DNA of 64,000 bases from a virus: IMG/VR virus record IMGVR_UViG_3300042924_005659. One strand, given 5' to 3'. Shown piece after piece: positions 52,471-61,490 of this stretch (within the stretch, counting starts at the first letter, position 1; each line of letters begins with the position of its first letter). The notes beneath the pieces were generated by a model. The model was not told the DNA's origin, did not search any database, and saw only the letters and a list, made by a program, of their open reading frames with translations. Both the position numbers and the translations under genes were made by a program.

Positions 52471-52891
52471 GATTTTCAGTGTCCAGTAAGTAGTACCCTA
52501 GTGCGGGAAATTCCTTGGTCAATCCGGCGATTGACCTCTTGGCAAATATAACGCCTTCTTCCCGAGTTTCAAAGTGCTTTACTGCAAGTCCGCTTTTAGA
52601 AATGTTCTCGTCTCCAACCACTAAAGCATACCGATGCTGGCCTTCAGCTGGAGTGTAGTGGAATTCTGGAGACGGGGGAGAGAACCTAAAAGGCTTGACT
52701 TCTGCTTCTTTATCTTGTTGCTTTTTGGCCCAGGTCTTGAGGAAACTTACCGGCTTGGCCTCGTAGTGCTTGGGATGTACCGTTTCGTCGGCTATGACTC
52801 TGCGTACTTCTTTTTCTTCGTCTATGAACGGAGTGTTGCCATCCATCAGGAATGAATCCATTCCTGGGATATACGCTACGTATTTTGCCAT
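52319..52891 (-). CDS. Hypothetical protein
   Basis: 190 aa; overlaps the DUF5664 ORF by 152 bp. Confidence 0.6.
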   Translation of the reverse strand: MAKYVAYIPGMDSFLMDGNTPFIDEEKEVRRVIADETVHPKHYEAKPVSFLKTWAKKQQDKEAEVKPFRFSPPSPEFHYTPAEGQHRYALVVGDENISKSGLAVKHFETREEGVIFAKRSIAGLTKEFPALGYYLLDTENHVYTDGITIGSHWRAEDYVPGKGNGSTGGLHIGTPETPARKRGRKPRATN

Positions 52892-53127
52892 CAGGAGAAG
52901 TCTCTTAAAGGTGCGACGAAAACATTGACTAGCTTTATATGAGCAAAGGCCTTGCTCAGCAATACTTGAGCGTCGGCCTTTCTCTCGTAGGCTAGTTCTA
53001 TGTTATCGAAGATGAAGTCAGGGTGGCGTAGGTAGTCCACCAGGAAGCCGTCTTTCTCGTAGGCTATTACCCACTTGTCTGGACGTTTTCTGGGGCTTGG
53101 ACTCATGGAACTCAACCTTATCTGCAT
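52891..53127 (-). CDS. Hypothetical protein
   Basis: 78 aa; its stop abuts the next start. Confidence 0.5.
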   Translation of the reverse strand: MQIRLSSMSPSPRKRPDKWVIAYEKDGFLVDYLRHPDFIFDNIELAYERKADAQVLLSKAFAHIKLVNVFVAPLRDFS

Positions 53128-53560
53128 GCTCTAGCAGCCACTTTGCTCTTTGTTTAAGCTGCTCTAGTCTCTCCCTGTCTACCAATACAAAATTTGAATT
53201 CTTTTTGGCAGACGTTTCAAGCTTGCAGATATCATACCCTAAATCGATGAATTCCCGAAAGTTAACTCTCGGCTCTTCGTTTAGAATATGATTTTTAAAT
53301 GCAGGTGGTCCTACCTCGATGCTGAGTATAGAAACTCCGGTAATGGTAGGAGTATCTAGCCAGCCGCAGATTTCATCGTAAAGGCAGTTTTCCAATGTAT
53401 GTTTGGCAGGGCTTTTGCTTATTGCCAAAGGACCTTGGCACTTGGGGGCATATTCTTTGAGCACGTACTGACTAAACGCAGATGCATCTGTGATTGCTGC
53501 TTTTATCGTAAATGCCAAAGAATCCCTTAGAGGAATTCGTTCTGGTTTGCTGTCATTCAT
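53018..53560 (-). CDS. Hypothetical protein
   Basis: 180-aa ORF. Confidence 0.6.
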   Translation of the reverse strand: MNDSKPERIPLRDSLAFTIKAAITDASAFSQYVLKEYAPKCQGPLAISKSPAKHTLENCLYDEICGWLDTPTITGVSILSIEVGPPAFKNHILNEEPRVNFREFIDLGYDICKLETSAKKNSNFVLVDRERLEQLKQRAKWLLEHADKVEFHESKPQKTSRQVGNSLRERRLPGGLPTPP

Positions 53561-53925
53561 TTTTTAATCTTTCTGGTAGGTGGCCTGATCCAGTCTGAAA
53601 CTCCATTAAGCTTCATTCGGAATCCTACTACCTCCAAGGGCATGGTGTCTATGGATATCTCCACAAAATCTGCATCTCGGATGTTACCTTTGATTATCTC
53701 TGCGGACTTGGTACTGAGCAGCCAAAGATAGCGCCCGTATCTATCCCCATAGTGCCAGATGTAGTCGCGACTATCATGAGCATCAGCCACAGTATCATAT
53801 GGGCCGAGAATCAATTTATCGCAATTAGGGTCTAGATCCAACATCCAAAGACCAGGATAGACTCTTGGTAATTCTTGTTTTAGGCGTTCGACGGTTTTAT
53901 CTTCCAACAGCGTCGTGTATTGCAT
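53557..53925 (-). CDS. Hypothetical protein
   Basis: 122 aa, translationally coupled. Confidence 0.65.
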   Translation of the reverse strand: MQYTTLLEDKTVERLKQELPRVYPGLWMLDLDPNCDKLILGPYDTVADAHDSRDYIWHYGDRYGRYLWLLSTKSAEIIKGNIRDADFVEISIDTMPLEVVGFRMKLNGVSDWIRPPTRKIKK

Positions 53926-54443
53926 TAATGTCCCGCGATTAACTCCATGAAGCCGTCCAGAGTGTCAATGACTACTCCACCGTCTCCTGAGGTTGAAGTT
54001 CTCATTAAACGAAAATAGCCATTAGGCATTTTGGTATTGAGGCCGGTATGAATGATCATATCCTGCCCTATCACCGAATTGTAAAAGGCCATTGCAGGAA
54101 TTTGCTTAGGGTCGCATTGCTCTACTTTTGCTGCAAATTCTTGCCAAAGAGGTAGTTGCGCCATCTTAGTCGGAGGTCCGAGTAGTTCGTTGATGCTCCA
54201 GCTCTGCAACCTATGCGTAGTAAGGCAGAACGGGCTCATAAGATCCTGGACCTCGGCCAGAGGCTCACTGCTCGCCTCCAGCCGAGTGGTCCAGTACTCT
54301 CGCTCCGAGCTACCCTTTTCAAACAGCCGCGTGATCAGCTTTCGGCAGATCTTATTTTCATAGACCACCTGTCGTCCTGTTTCACGCTTTTGCTTGTATT
54401 CTTCAAACGTATCGAAGAAATCGGGTTTCTCGTTTTCCTTCAT
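53925..54443 (-). CDS. Hypothetical protein
   Basis: 172 aa, translationally coupled. Confidence 0.7.
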   Translation of the reverse strand: MKENEKPDFFDTFEEYKQKRETGRQVVYENKICRKLITRLFEKGSSEREYWTTRLEASSEPLAEVQDLMSPFCLTTHRLQSWSINELLGPPTKMAQLPLWQEFAAKVEQCDPKQIPAMAFYNSVIGQDMIIHTGLNTKMPNGYFRLMRTSTSGDGGVVIDTLDGFMELIAGH

Positions 54444-54445
54444 CG

Positions 54446-55687
54446 TTACTCCTGTTCGGAGATATCTGCTTCCTTGGGAGCCTGTGCCTTGGAGTACCTA
54501 GTCTCCTCGTACACAGACTTGTCCTCGATTTGAAGCATTGGGTAAACCTTCATGCGATTGATGCCCAAGGCATCGGAAAGTCTTTCTCGCATTTCCACGT
54601 TGCGTCGAATCGCAGCACCCATCTCTGAGTCCGTAACGGCAACCAAACCCAGCTCCTTGCAGCTGTACTTGTTGCTGTTTACGGTCACGTTGACGATGTC
54701 CTTCAATCGACTCTTTACGCCAGTCGGACTATCGTCCGTAAGCAGCATGGCCGTAGCGGCATCCCAGTCAAACCAGCATTCGCCAATCTGATTGGTCTCC
54801 TCATCGCCCTTCCAGCGATAAGGAATCTCGATGTTACGCTTGCTGGCACCCATGGAATTCTTGTTTACGGTGATCTTGAGGATTTTTTCCGTAAAGCCAC
54901 GAGTCGCCTTGTAGACAGGAGTACCCTTTACGACCGAGAACCAAAGGTCAAGTACTGCATGGTAGTCTTGACCAGTACCTCCGGGCTTCCGCTTAGCACC
55001 TTGAATAGGGCTATTGGGGTCGTCCGACAAGTGATTGATGTAGACCAAGGCGTATGGCTGCATGTACAGGTGCTTGTTCACGTGCCGGAAAAACTCGTTG
55101 TGAGACTTGCACTTGATCATGCCGCCGGTATTGCGAGGATTGATGCCGCCTTCCTTTTCAATGCGGGCATCGGTCTCCTTGGTGTCAACACCGCCCAGTG
55201 AGTCAATAACGAACATCACTGGCCTGTCCTGCAGAGATGCCTCTGTGGACGAGAAACGAAGAGCGTCCAGAACCTGCTCCTGCCATTGCTCGGTGCTGAA
55301 CGCTACGTACTCCAAGGTACGTAGAGTGTTGGCAGCCCCGACGACGGCTTTGTAGAGAGCAGGACTCTTCTTGTTTTCGGTGTCGACATAGATGCACATG
55401 CCACCTAAGTCCATCCACACCTTGGCCAAGGTCATCGCAAATGCAGACTTACAGCTCTCCTTCATTCCGGCCACGCCGATAATTCTGCTCATTTGATAGC
55501 AGGTATTGTCGCAAAGCCAGCGATAGGAGAGGTGATCGCAAGGAATGCCCCATACCCGGTCGGCCAGGTCTGCCGCAAGGCAGACCTGGTCGTTACCGGC
55601 TTTCTTAGCATGGGCCATCAAAGCCTCGATCCCAGGATCGAGGTTTGAGGGGTTTTCCTTTTCTTCGTCTTTCTTCTTTTTTGCCAT
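54446..55687 (-). CDS. recA: RecA/UvsX-like recombinase
   Basis: Walker A-like GMKESCKS, YVDTE, Walker B FVIDSLG, INHL, KPGG, ITVNKNS. Confidence 0.85.
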   Translation of the reverse strand: MAKKKKDEEKENPSNLDPGIEALMAHAKKAGNDQVCLAADLADRVWGIPCDHLSYRWLCDNTCYQMSRIIGVAGMKESCKSAFAMTLAKVWMDLGGMCIYVDTENKKSPALYKAVVGAANTLRTLEYVAFSTEQWQEQVLDALRFSSTEASLQDRPVMFVIDSLGGVDTKETDARIEKEGGINPRNTGGMIKCKSHNEFFRHVNKHLYMQPYALVYINHLSDDPNSPIQGAKRKPGGTGQDYHAVLDLWFSVVKGTPVYKATRGFTEKILKITVNKNSMGASKRNIEIPYRWKGDEETNQIGECWFDWDAATAMLLTDDSPTGVKSRLKDIVNVTVNSNKYSCKELGLVAVTDSEMGAAIRRNVEMRERLSDALGINRMKVYPMLQIEDKSVYEETRYSKAQAPKEADISEQE

Positions 55688-55705
55688 TGAGTTTTATTCC
55701 TTTCT

Positions 55706-57133
55706 TCAGCCGTTCTTATTGACGCTTCCCTGAAGCTTGTCCATCATGGCCTTCATCTGCGCGGAGAGGTTGGTTCCGCCAGGTGCCGGAATGCTGGGAG
55801 TTGCAGGGCTGGGAGTAGCTGAAACTGGAACAACTGGAGTCGGCGTTGCCAATCCGGGACGCTGTGCGGCTGGAGCAGCCACAGGGCGAGCGGATACTGC
55901 TGGAGCAGCAATCGGGGCTCTAGCAGGAGCAGGCACTGGAACCGGCGCCGGAGCTGCAGCAGGTGCCGGAGCTGCAGCAGGAGCTGCAAATCCGTTCATA
56001 GCCACTCGGTTGCTGCCATCAGAGATGATTCCGGCTTCGATCATCGCCCACTCATCACCGGGGAACAGCTCAAGCAGCCACTGAATCTGCAGCTTCTCGT
56101 TGTTCTCCAGGATGTAGTCGCTGAACGGACGGACCTTGGAAAGGACCTCATCGGGCAGCGAATACGCCGGGCCGAAACGATCCGCCAAGTTCTGCACCGA
56201 GCAGCTGTAGGTGGCGATGCCGGCAGGACCGGAGGCATAGCTGCTGAAGGTGACCAGCTTCTGCACAGACGCAAAGTCTCCGTGCTTGAATCCAGCCTCC
56301 CAAGCCATCTGAGCCTCCAGGCTCTGAGAGATGTCGCCGTAGGTGTCGACAACGGTCTCAGGATCCATAGGCATTCCGTCGACTCGCTCAAACCATGCGT
56401 CGTAGAAGCCTTCCTTGATACGGGCATCCTCACGAGACTTGATTGCCGAGACCTGATTGATCATCAGGATCTTGTGGCGTGGCCAGCAGGGCTGGCCGTC
56501 CTCGTCCTGCGTGTAGTTGATGCCAGCATTGCTGATGACGAAGCCCTGCAGGAACAGCGTACGAGCAGCACGACCAAGTGGAGCATTCAAATCATTTGAA
56601 TCCACCGGGACGAGTTCCAGAGCACGACGATACTTTGCCGTGCTGGTGTCGACATTGATGGTCGGAATCGAACGACGAGCCGACTTGTCGTACTTGTGAC
56701 CGCCGCCGGCCTTCCAGAGGTACTCGCGGAGCTTGTACATAGGGCTCTTGTAGCCATTGCCCCAGTCACGCTCGGTCTGCACGGTCATGCCATCAGGACC
56801 CTCGACCATGTTGATGGCCAGGATGTCCTTGCGCTTGCGCATATCCGGATCATTGCCGACCTTGCGGTAGACCATGACCCAGTCGATGCCGTACTGGCCG
56901 AGAGTCGGGACCACTCCACGCAGCTGATCCTGACGGAAGCCGCCCGAGGTCATAGCGGTGCTGGCTCCATAGGTGGGGTGGGGAGGAACGATGATGAACT
57001 CGCACGGCGCCTTGCTGGACACGTAGCCCAGGCTTGGAGCATCGTCGGTGAACATCTTCTGATAGTCTGAGCTGCGAGAGCCAGTGCCGGTCTTGCTGTC
57101 CTGATGGACAGCCTTGTTGAAGTCGAAAGCCAT
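55706..57133 (-). CDS. Putative ssDNA-binding / recombination-mediator protein with a Pro/Ala-rich tail
   Basis: 475 aa between RecA and PolA; GC3-rich codons; (AP)n linker. Function inferred from position only. Confidence 0.4.
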   Translation of the reverse strand: MAFDFNKAVHQDSKTGTGSRSSDYQKMFTDDAPSLGYVSSKAPCEFIIVPPHPTYGASTAMTSGGFRQDQLRGVVPTLGQYGIDWVMVYRKVGNDPDMRKRKDILAINMVEGPDGMTVQTERDWGNGYKSPMYKLREYLWKAGGGHKYDKSARRSIPTINVDTSTAKYRRALELVPVDSNDLNAPLGRAARTLFLQGFVISNAGINYTQDEDGQPCWPRHKILMINQVSAIKSREDARIKEGFYDAWFERVDGMPMDPETVVDTYGDISQSLEAQMAWEAGFKHGDFASVQKLVTFSSYASGPAGIATYSCSVQNLADRFGPAYSLPDEVLSKVRPFSDYILENNEKLQIQWLLELFPGDEWAMIEAGIISDGSNRVAMNGFAAPAAAPAPAAAPAPVPVPAPARAPIAAPAVSARPVAAPAAQRPGLATPTPVVPVSATPSPATPSIPAPGGTNLSAQMKAMMDKLQGSVNKNG

Positions 57134-57176
57134 TTGTGTGTTTTTCCTTAGGGTTTGTGAATAAAGAGTTTGCAGA

Positions 57177-60065
57177 TCACTTCTTGTACTTGCCTAGAAC
57201 AGGATAGGTAGCGACGTCCTCGTCTGTCAAGGGTTCGCTCCAACGAATGCAGACCTCCGGATCAATGCCAAGTACCAAGTCATTGTTCGGAATCCTGCAT
57301 CTTTCGCACATTGCCATTCTCATGACCTCCATGGTCTCCTCAATCTGCTCTACGGGGCAGCTGACGATAACCTGATCGTGCACGCTCATGAGAACCCTGT
57401 ACTGAAGGTGAGGACGCTCGGCCTCACGGATCATGTATAGGTTTACCAGGGCCAACGACATTAAGTCGCCTACCGTGCCCTGAATCGGTGCATTCATCGC
57501 CTGACGCTTCTGATGAGCCAGCAGCTCGTTGTCCTCGGTATGCTCGAACCGACGACGTCGGCCGAATCCGTTTTCGACATATCCCTGGCTGCCGACCTTT
57601 TCCTGCTGCGAAATCAGCCAATGTGCAAGCTGAGGAAAAGTCGCTTTAAACTTGTCCACAGCCTCTTGAGCTTCTTCCAGCGTAATGTTGACTCCTTCCA
57701 TATATACCGCTTCTTTGATGGCCGCTCCGCCACGACCGTACGCAATTCCGAAGGTGATAGTTTTCGCAATGGTTCTGTACTTTGTGTTTCCGGTTTCCTT
57801 CAGCCAATCTTTCTTGCCTTTGGCATAGTCCGCCGGTGGCTTATCCAGGCGGAACATTTCTATGGCGACCTCGGAGTGGAAGTCCGATCCGGGATCGCTA
57901 AGCTTCTGCTGCATGTTGGTGTCTCCGGAGAGCCACGCCATGACGAAAAGCTCGGCCTGCACCCAGTCGCAATCCAGCAAGGCCCAACCAGGATCCGCTC
58001 TGAAGCAGGAACGGATTGAAGGTATCTGCTGCTGCTTGTCCTTGAAGGCCTTGCTAACAAGGTCCTCCGCGGTCTTTGGCAGCTGAGCCATGTTGGGATC
58101 CGAGTGTCCGTAACGCCCAGTCTCGACGGTCTGCCTAATGCGAGTATGGACTCGGCCATCACACCACAGCTTAGGCAGAATACCGCCATCCACCGAGTGA
58201 CCGCCATCGGGCAGCTCCACGAACTCTCCCGTGAATGTCTTCACGGTCTGAGCTACCGCAGTGTACAGCAGCATGGTGTTAACCAGCTCGTTATCTTTAT
58301 GAATTAGCAGCAAGCTGGTAAGAACAGAACGATCTGTAGACGGAGTATACGACGCCAGTTTTTCCGGCTTTTCCAGAAGCTTGGACCACTTTGCGTCATT
58401 TGTAGCCTTGATGGGCTCAAACCTACATAGAGTGGCAGTTGGTGGAAAGCTGGGCTTGCTGCCTTGCTTTACCCAGCCGAACAAAGCCGCTGCCTTCTGC
58501 ACCGGAGAATCGGGATTGAAATCCGGCCAGTTGAGCAGACCTCGGAGCTTTTCCGTAAGTTCAGTGCGCTTAGCAGTGTACTTGTGAGAAAGCAGCTCCA
58601 ACCGGTCTCTGTCAACGTTCATGCCAGTAGTCTCGATCTCAAGAATCGGCAGAGTGGCAGGCATGACCACGGTCTCGAACAGCGTCCGCACTCTCTCGTT
58701 CTCATGGCGCATCATTTCTGCATATTGAATCAGGAATATGCGGAAAGTGGCATCTGCGTCCTGAGCAGCATACGGAAACAGCACGTCGTCCGGAATTCCT
58801 CCGTAGCCGTGCTCGTCGACGTCGTACTTGCTTTCCTTGATCCAGGCATTCAAGGCAAGTTCATACCTGCCCATCTGAGTGTGCCTGGCTGTGTATACCT
58901 CCAGACCCTGTGCCCAGTTCTCGTCCAGCAAGTGCCCAGCCAAGGCAGTATCCCAGCCTGTGAGTGCAGGTAGGGTGACGTTTACTCCGTTGTGCTGAAG
59001 CCACGGCAAGTCGGCTCGTATGAAGTGGCCTATTAGCTTTGTCTTGCCGTTTTCCACAAATTGCTTTATCAGACTCCAGGCCTGCTGCTTGTTCTGGCCA
59101 AGAGGACTGGGCTGCATGTTGGCGTGATTGAATACCGCTACCAGCGCCTTGCCTGGAGCCCAGCTGAACTGAATGCACCGCAGTTCGCCGCTGAGGTGGT
59201 TTCCGCCGCCCCATTCGCAGTCCACGGAAACCCAGCCTGAGTACTCCTGCTCAATTGTCTGCAGGTGTTGCTGCAACTGGTCCAGCGAGTACACGCAGGT
59301 GTAGGAGATATGAGTGTCGTCCTTTACGGTTACCTGTCCGCTAGCCAGTTCGTTGGCTATCCGAGTCATGTCCAGGGCTATTGCTGCACGTACTTCAGGC
59401 ATGTGGATAATGGCGGAGAAGTCAGTCATGATGGCCGTCTTTATGCCCAACGGACTTTCCTCTGCCGACATCGTACGGTTCTTGTACTTCTCAACCGTAG
59501 CTCTAGCGCCCAGGACGGCCTTCAGCACTTTTGCACCCAGCAGGATTACAAGTTCTGGCTTGGCCAGCTCAAGCTCCTTCTTGAACGCAGCGGAGTAGTC
59601 CTCGACCAGATCTTTTGGGATCGCCGTCTTTTTGCCGTCCACATAGTGTTTGACGTAAGTGGTGTAGTAGCAAGCAGATACTGGAAATCCTGTCTTAGCG
59701 ACCAGATCCTCGAATTCGGAAACCCACTCTCCGCAGTACAGCCGAGAGTTGTCGTTCTCACGAGAGTTTGGCCAGCAACCTACCAGCATTATTCTGCAAG
59801 GAGCAGGACCCAGCTCAGGAGTTGGCAGCAAATGCGCATTTGTCTTGCCCTGAGGAGCAGTAGTATTGAACACAGACTTGAGGTGAATGCCAGGCAGCAG
59901 CTGAATAGGAGAGCTGATTCCATTTACGTTCAGGCAGATCCTGCTTCTACTCATGAGCATCTCTTGAAAGGAGTGCTCGATTGTCTGACTGTATTGCAAG
60001 GCTCTGGCCACGGCCATAGAGCCGTACTTCTGTACGTTCTCTTCCACAGTTGTTTGTATTGTCAT
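57177..60065 (-). CDS. polA: Family A DNA polymerase with N-terminal UDG-like and 3'-5' exonuclease domains
   Basis: UDG-like IMLVGCWP...ELELAKPELVILLG; exo VDCE, ADL, YAAQDAD; Pol TGRY..SDPNMAQLP, DWVQAE, AKTITFGIAYG, NAPIQGT, VHDQ. Confidence 0.95.
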   Translation of the reverse strand: MTIQTTVEENVQKYGSMAVARALQYSQTIEHSFQEMLMSRSRICLNVNGISSPIQLLPGIHLKSVFNTTAPQGKTNAHLLPTPELGPAPCRIMLVGCWPNSRENDNSRLYCGEWVSEFEDLVAKTGFPVSACYYTTYVKHYVDGKKTAIPKDLVEDYSAAFKKELELAKPELVILLGAKVLKAVLGARATVEKYKNRTMSAEESPLGIKTAIMTDFSAIIHMPEVRAAIALDMTRIANELASGQVTVKDDTHISYTCVYSLDQLQQHLQTIEQEYSGWVSVDCEWGGGNHLSGELRCIQFSWAPGKALVAVFNHANMQPSPLGQNKQQAWSLIKQFVENGKTKLIGHFIRADLPWLQHNGVNVTLPALTGWDTALAGHLLDENWAQGLEVYTARHTQMGRYELALNAWIKESKYDVDEHGYGGIPDDVLFPYAAQDADATFRIFLIQYAEMMRHENERVRTLFETVVMPATLPILEIETTGMNVDRDRLELLSHKYTAKRTELTEKLRGLLNWPDFNPDSPVQKAAALFGWVKQGSKPSFPPTATLCRFEPIKATNDAKWSKLLEKPEKLASYTPSTDRSVLTSLLLIHKDNELVNTMLLYTAVAQTVKTFTGEFVELPDGGHSVDGGILPKLWCDGRVHTRIRQTVETGRYGHSDPNMAQLPKTAEDLVSKAFKDKQQQIPSIRSCFRADPGWALLDCDWVQAELFVMAWLSGDTNMQQKLSDPGSDFHSEVAIEMFRLDKPPADYAKGKKDWLKETGNTKYRTIAKTITFGIAYGRGGAAIKEAVYMEGVNITLEEAQEAVDKFKATFPQLAHWLISQQEKVGSQGYVENGFGRRRRFEHTEDNELLAHQKRQAMNAPIQGTVGDLMSLALVNLYMIREAERPHLQYRVLMSVHDQVIVSCPVEQIEETMEVMRMAMCERCRIPNNDLVLGIDPEVCIRWSEPLTDEDVATYPVLGKYKK

Positions 60066-60067
60066 TT

Positions 60068-60355
60068 TTAGTCCGGCTCGATGGTGCAGGTGAGGCTTAA
60101 GGACACTAGCTGATCTTTTAGCAGTTCCGCCCGTTCTTTGTGCGTTACTTCGACGATAGAAAAACCATTTTTGTCTACCTCTGTGGTCTTTACTAGAGCC
60201 ATGTGAGGGTCCATTCTGAGAATCTGCATTAGACATTTGATTACGTGTATGTACGTGTTTACGTCATCGTTGTGGACCAACACCTTCCACATCTTCAACG
60301 GCTTGGTTTCGGGAGGAGTGTTGACAGTCGTAGTATTTGAATTTGATTGTTCCAT
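60068..60355 (-). CDS. clpS: ClpS-like N-degron adaptor
   Basis: WKVLVHNDDVNTY..VI..L, EVD..G..IV...HKERAEL, TIEP. Confidence 0.88.
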   Translation of the reverse strand: MEQSNSNTTTVNTPPETKPLKMWKVLVHNDDVNTYIHVIKCLMQILRMDPHMALVKTTEVDKNGFSIVEVTHKERAELLKDQLVSLSLTCTIEPD

Positions 60356-60359
60356 TGCC

Positions 60360-61490
60360 TTACCTTGAGTTTTCTCTTTGCTTGTTAAGCACAGCTTCCA
60401 TGAGTTCCGAAGTCGTCATGTTGGCTGGATCCTGGCCCTTCGGCAGTTCTATTGCAAGACATCCTTTTGCAATCTTTTGATTCAAAGACGCAATTATGTC
60501 AAAAATCTTGCCATTAACTGCTGCTTCGTGCTCGACCATGAAGACTATTTGTCCATCCTTGAACGATTCTGCCAGCATCTCCTGCTGCATTGGCCTTGGA
60601 TACATGCCAAAGGTGCAGACTCCTGCAAATCCACAGGCAATGGCAGATAGGGCCCCTTCACAAACAATGCAAAACTTTCCGTCTGTGAATTTTTGCGCAG
60701 CCTCCAGCCTGTACAGCGTGGAGCCAAACGAGTAGCCGGGAGCATTCAAATACTTTTGAATGACTGCCTTGCCGGTATTGGGATCCTTGGGAATGTCTCC
60801 TATATATCTGGCAAGCCAGCCATTCCATACGCCTTGCTGTACGTTTGGAATTATCAATCTGTGCTCAGGAGTCACCGTGTGCCAATTGCCTGCAGAGTCC
60901 GTGAATCTTTTATGCCATGGGCTCTTGCTGCAATAGCAGAACTGATATTCATTGGCCAACATGTCTATGTCGGCAAAGTTACGAGACACCAGATACTGTA
61001 TGACCGGATGGTCATCGCTAAGCTGGTTTATCGGAATTAGATCTTCTACTGCCCCAGGCAACTCCATTCTTCGGACCTCGGCATCCATGCCCGTCTTTAG
61101 GTCCTCTGACTTTTGCGTCGTTGTCGGATCGTAGTCAGCGCCGTAAAGCACGTTCCACAGATCTCCCCAGTAGCAGCTTTCGTTATGGCACTTTACGCAA
61201 GAGAACAGCTTTCTACCCGCTTGCTCGCAATAGGTGCCCCATAGATGACTGATGTACAGCCGAGATCTCTTGTCGTTACAGCGAGGACAATTTACCGAAT
61301 AGGTTTCGCCCCAGTTTATGAGATTGATTCTCTTGGAGCTTGCTTCCGGATTGCCGCTTCTTGCAGAAGCCCATGCCGCAATCTTGTCCTCTACGACATG
61401 GTATTTGGCTTCGACTCCCGCGTTGGTGACCTGCACTTTTCCAAACTTTTTCTTCAGAGCCTTTACAAGGATATCGTTTATGTACTTCAT
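60360..61490 (-). CDS. dnaG: DNA primase (Zn ribbon plus TOPRIM)
   Basis: CPRCND...CVKCH..SC; IVCEGALSA; GQDPA. Confidence 0.85.
   Translation of the reverse strand: MKYINDILVKALKKKFGKVQVTNAGVEAKYHVVEDKIAAWASARSGNPEASSKRINLINWGETYSVNCPRCNDKRSRLYISHLWGTYCEQAGRKLFSCVKCHNESCYWGDLWNVLYGADYDPTTTQKSEDLKTGMDAEVRRMELPGAVEDLIPINQLSDDHPVIQYLVSRNFADIDMLANEYQFCYCSKSPWHKRFTDSAGNWHTVTPEHRLIIPNVQQGVWNGWLARYIGDIPKDPNTGKAVIQKYLNAPGYSFGSTLYRLEAAQKFTDGKFCIVCEGALSAIACGFAGVCTFGMYPRPMQQEMLAESFKDGQIVFMVEHEAAVNGKIFDIIASLNQKIAKGCLAIELPKGQDPANMTTSELMEAVLNKQRENSR

Noticed and set aside
60066-60236. N-terminal 57-aa extension of PolA
   Set aside because: It overlaps clpS in another frame. ATG 60065 directly follows the clpS stop.
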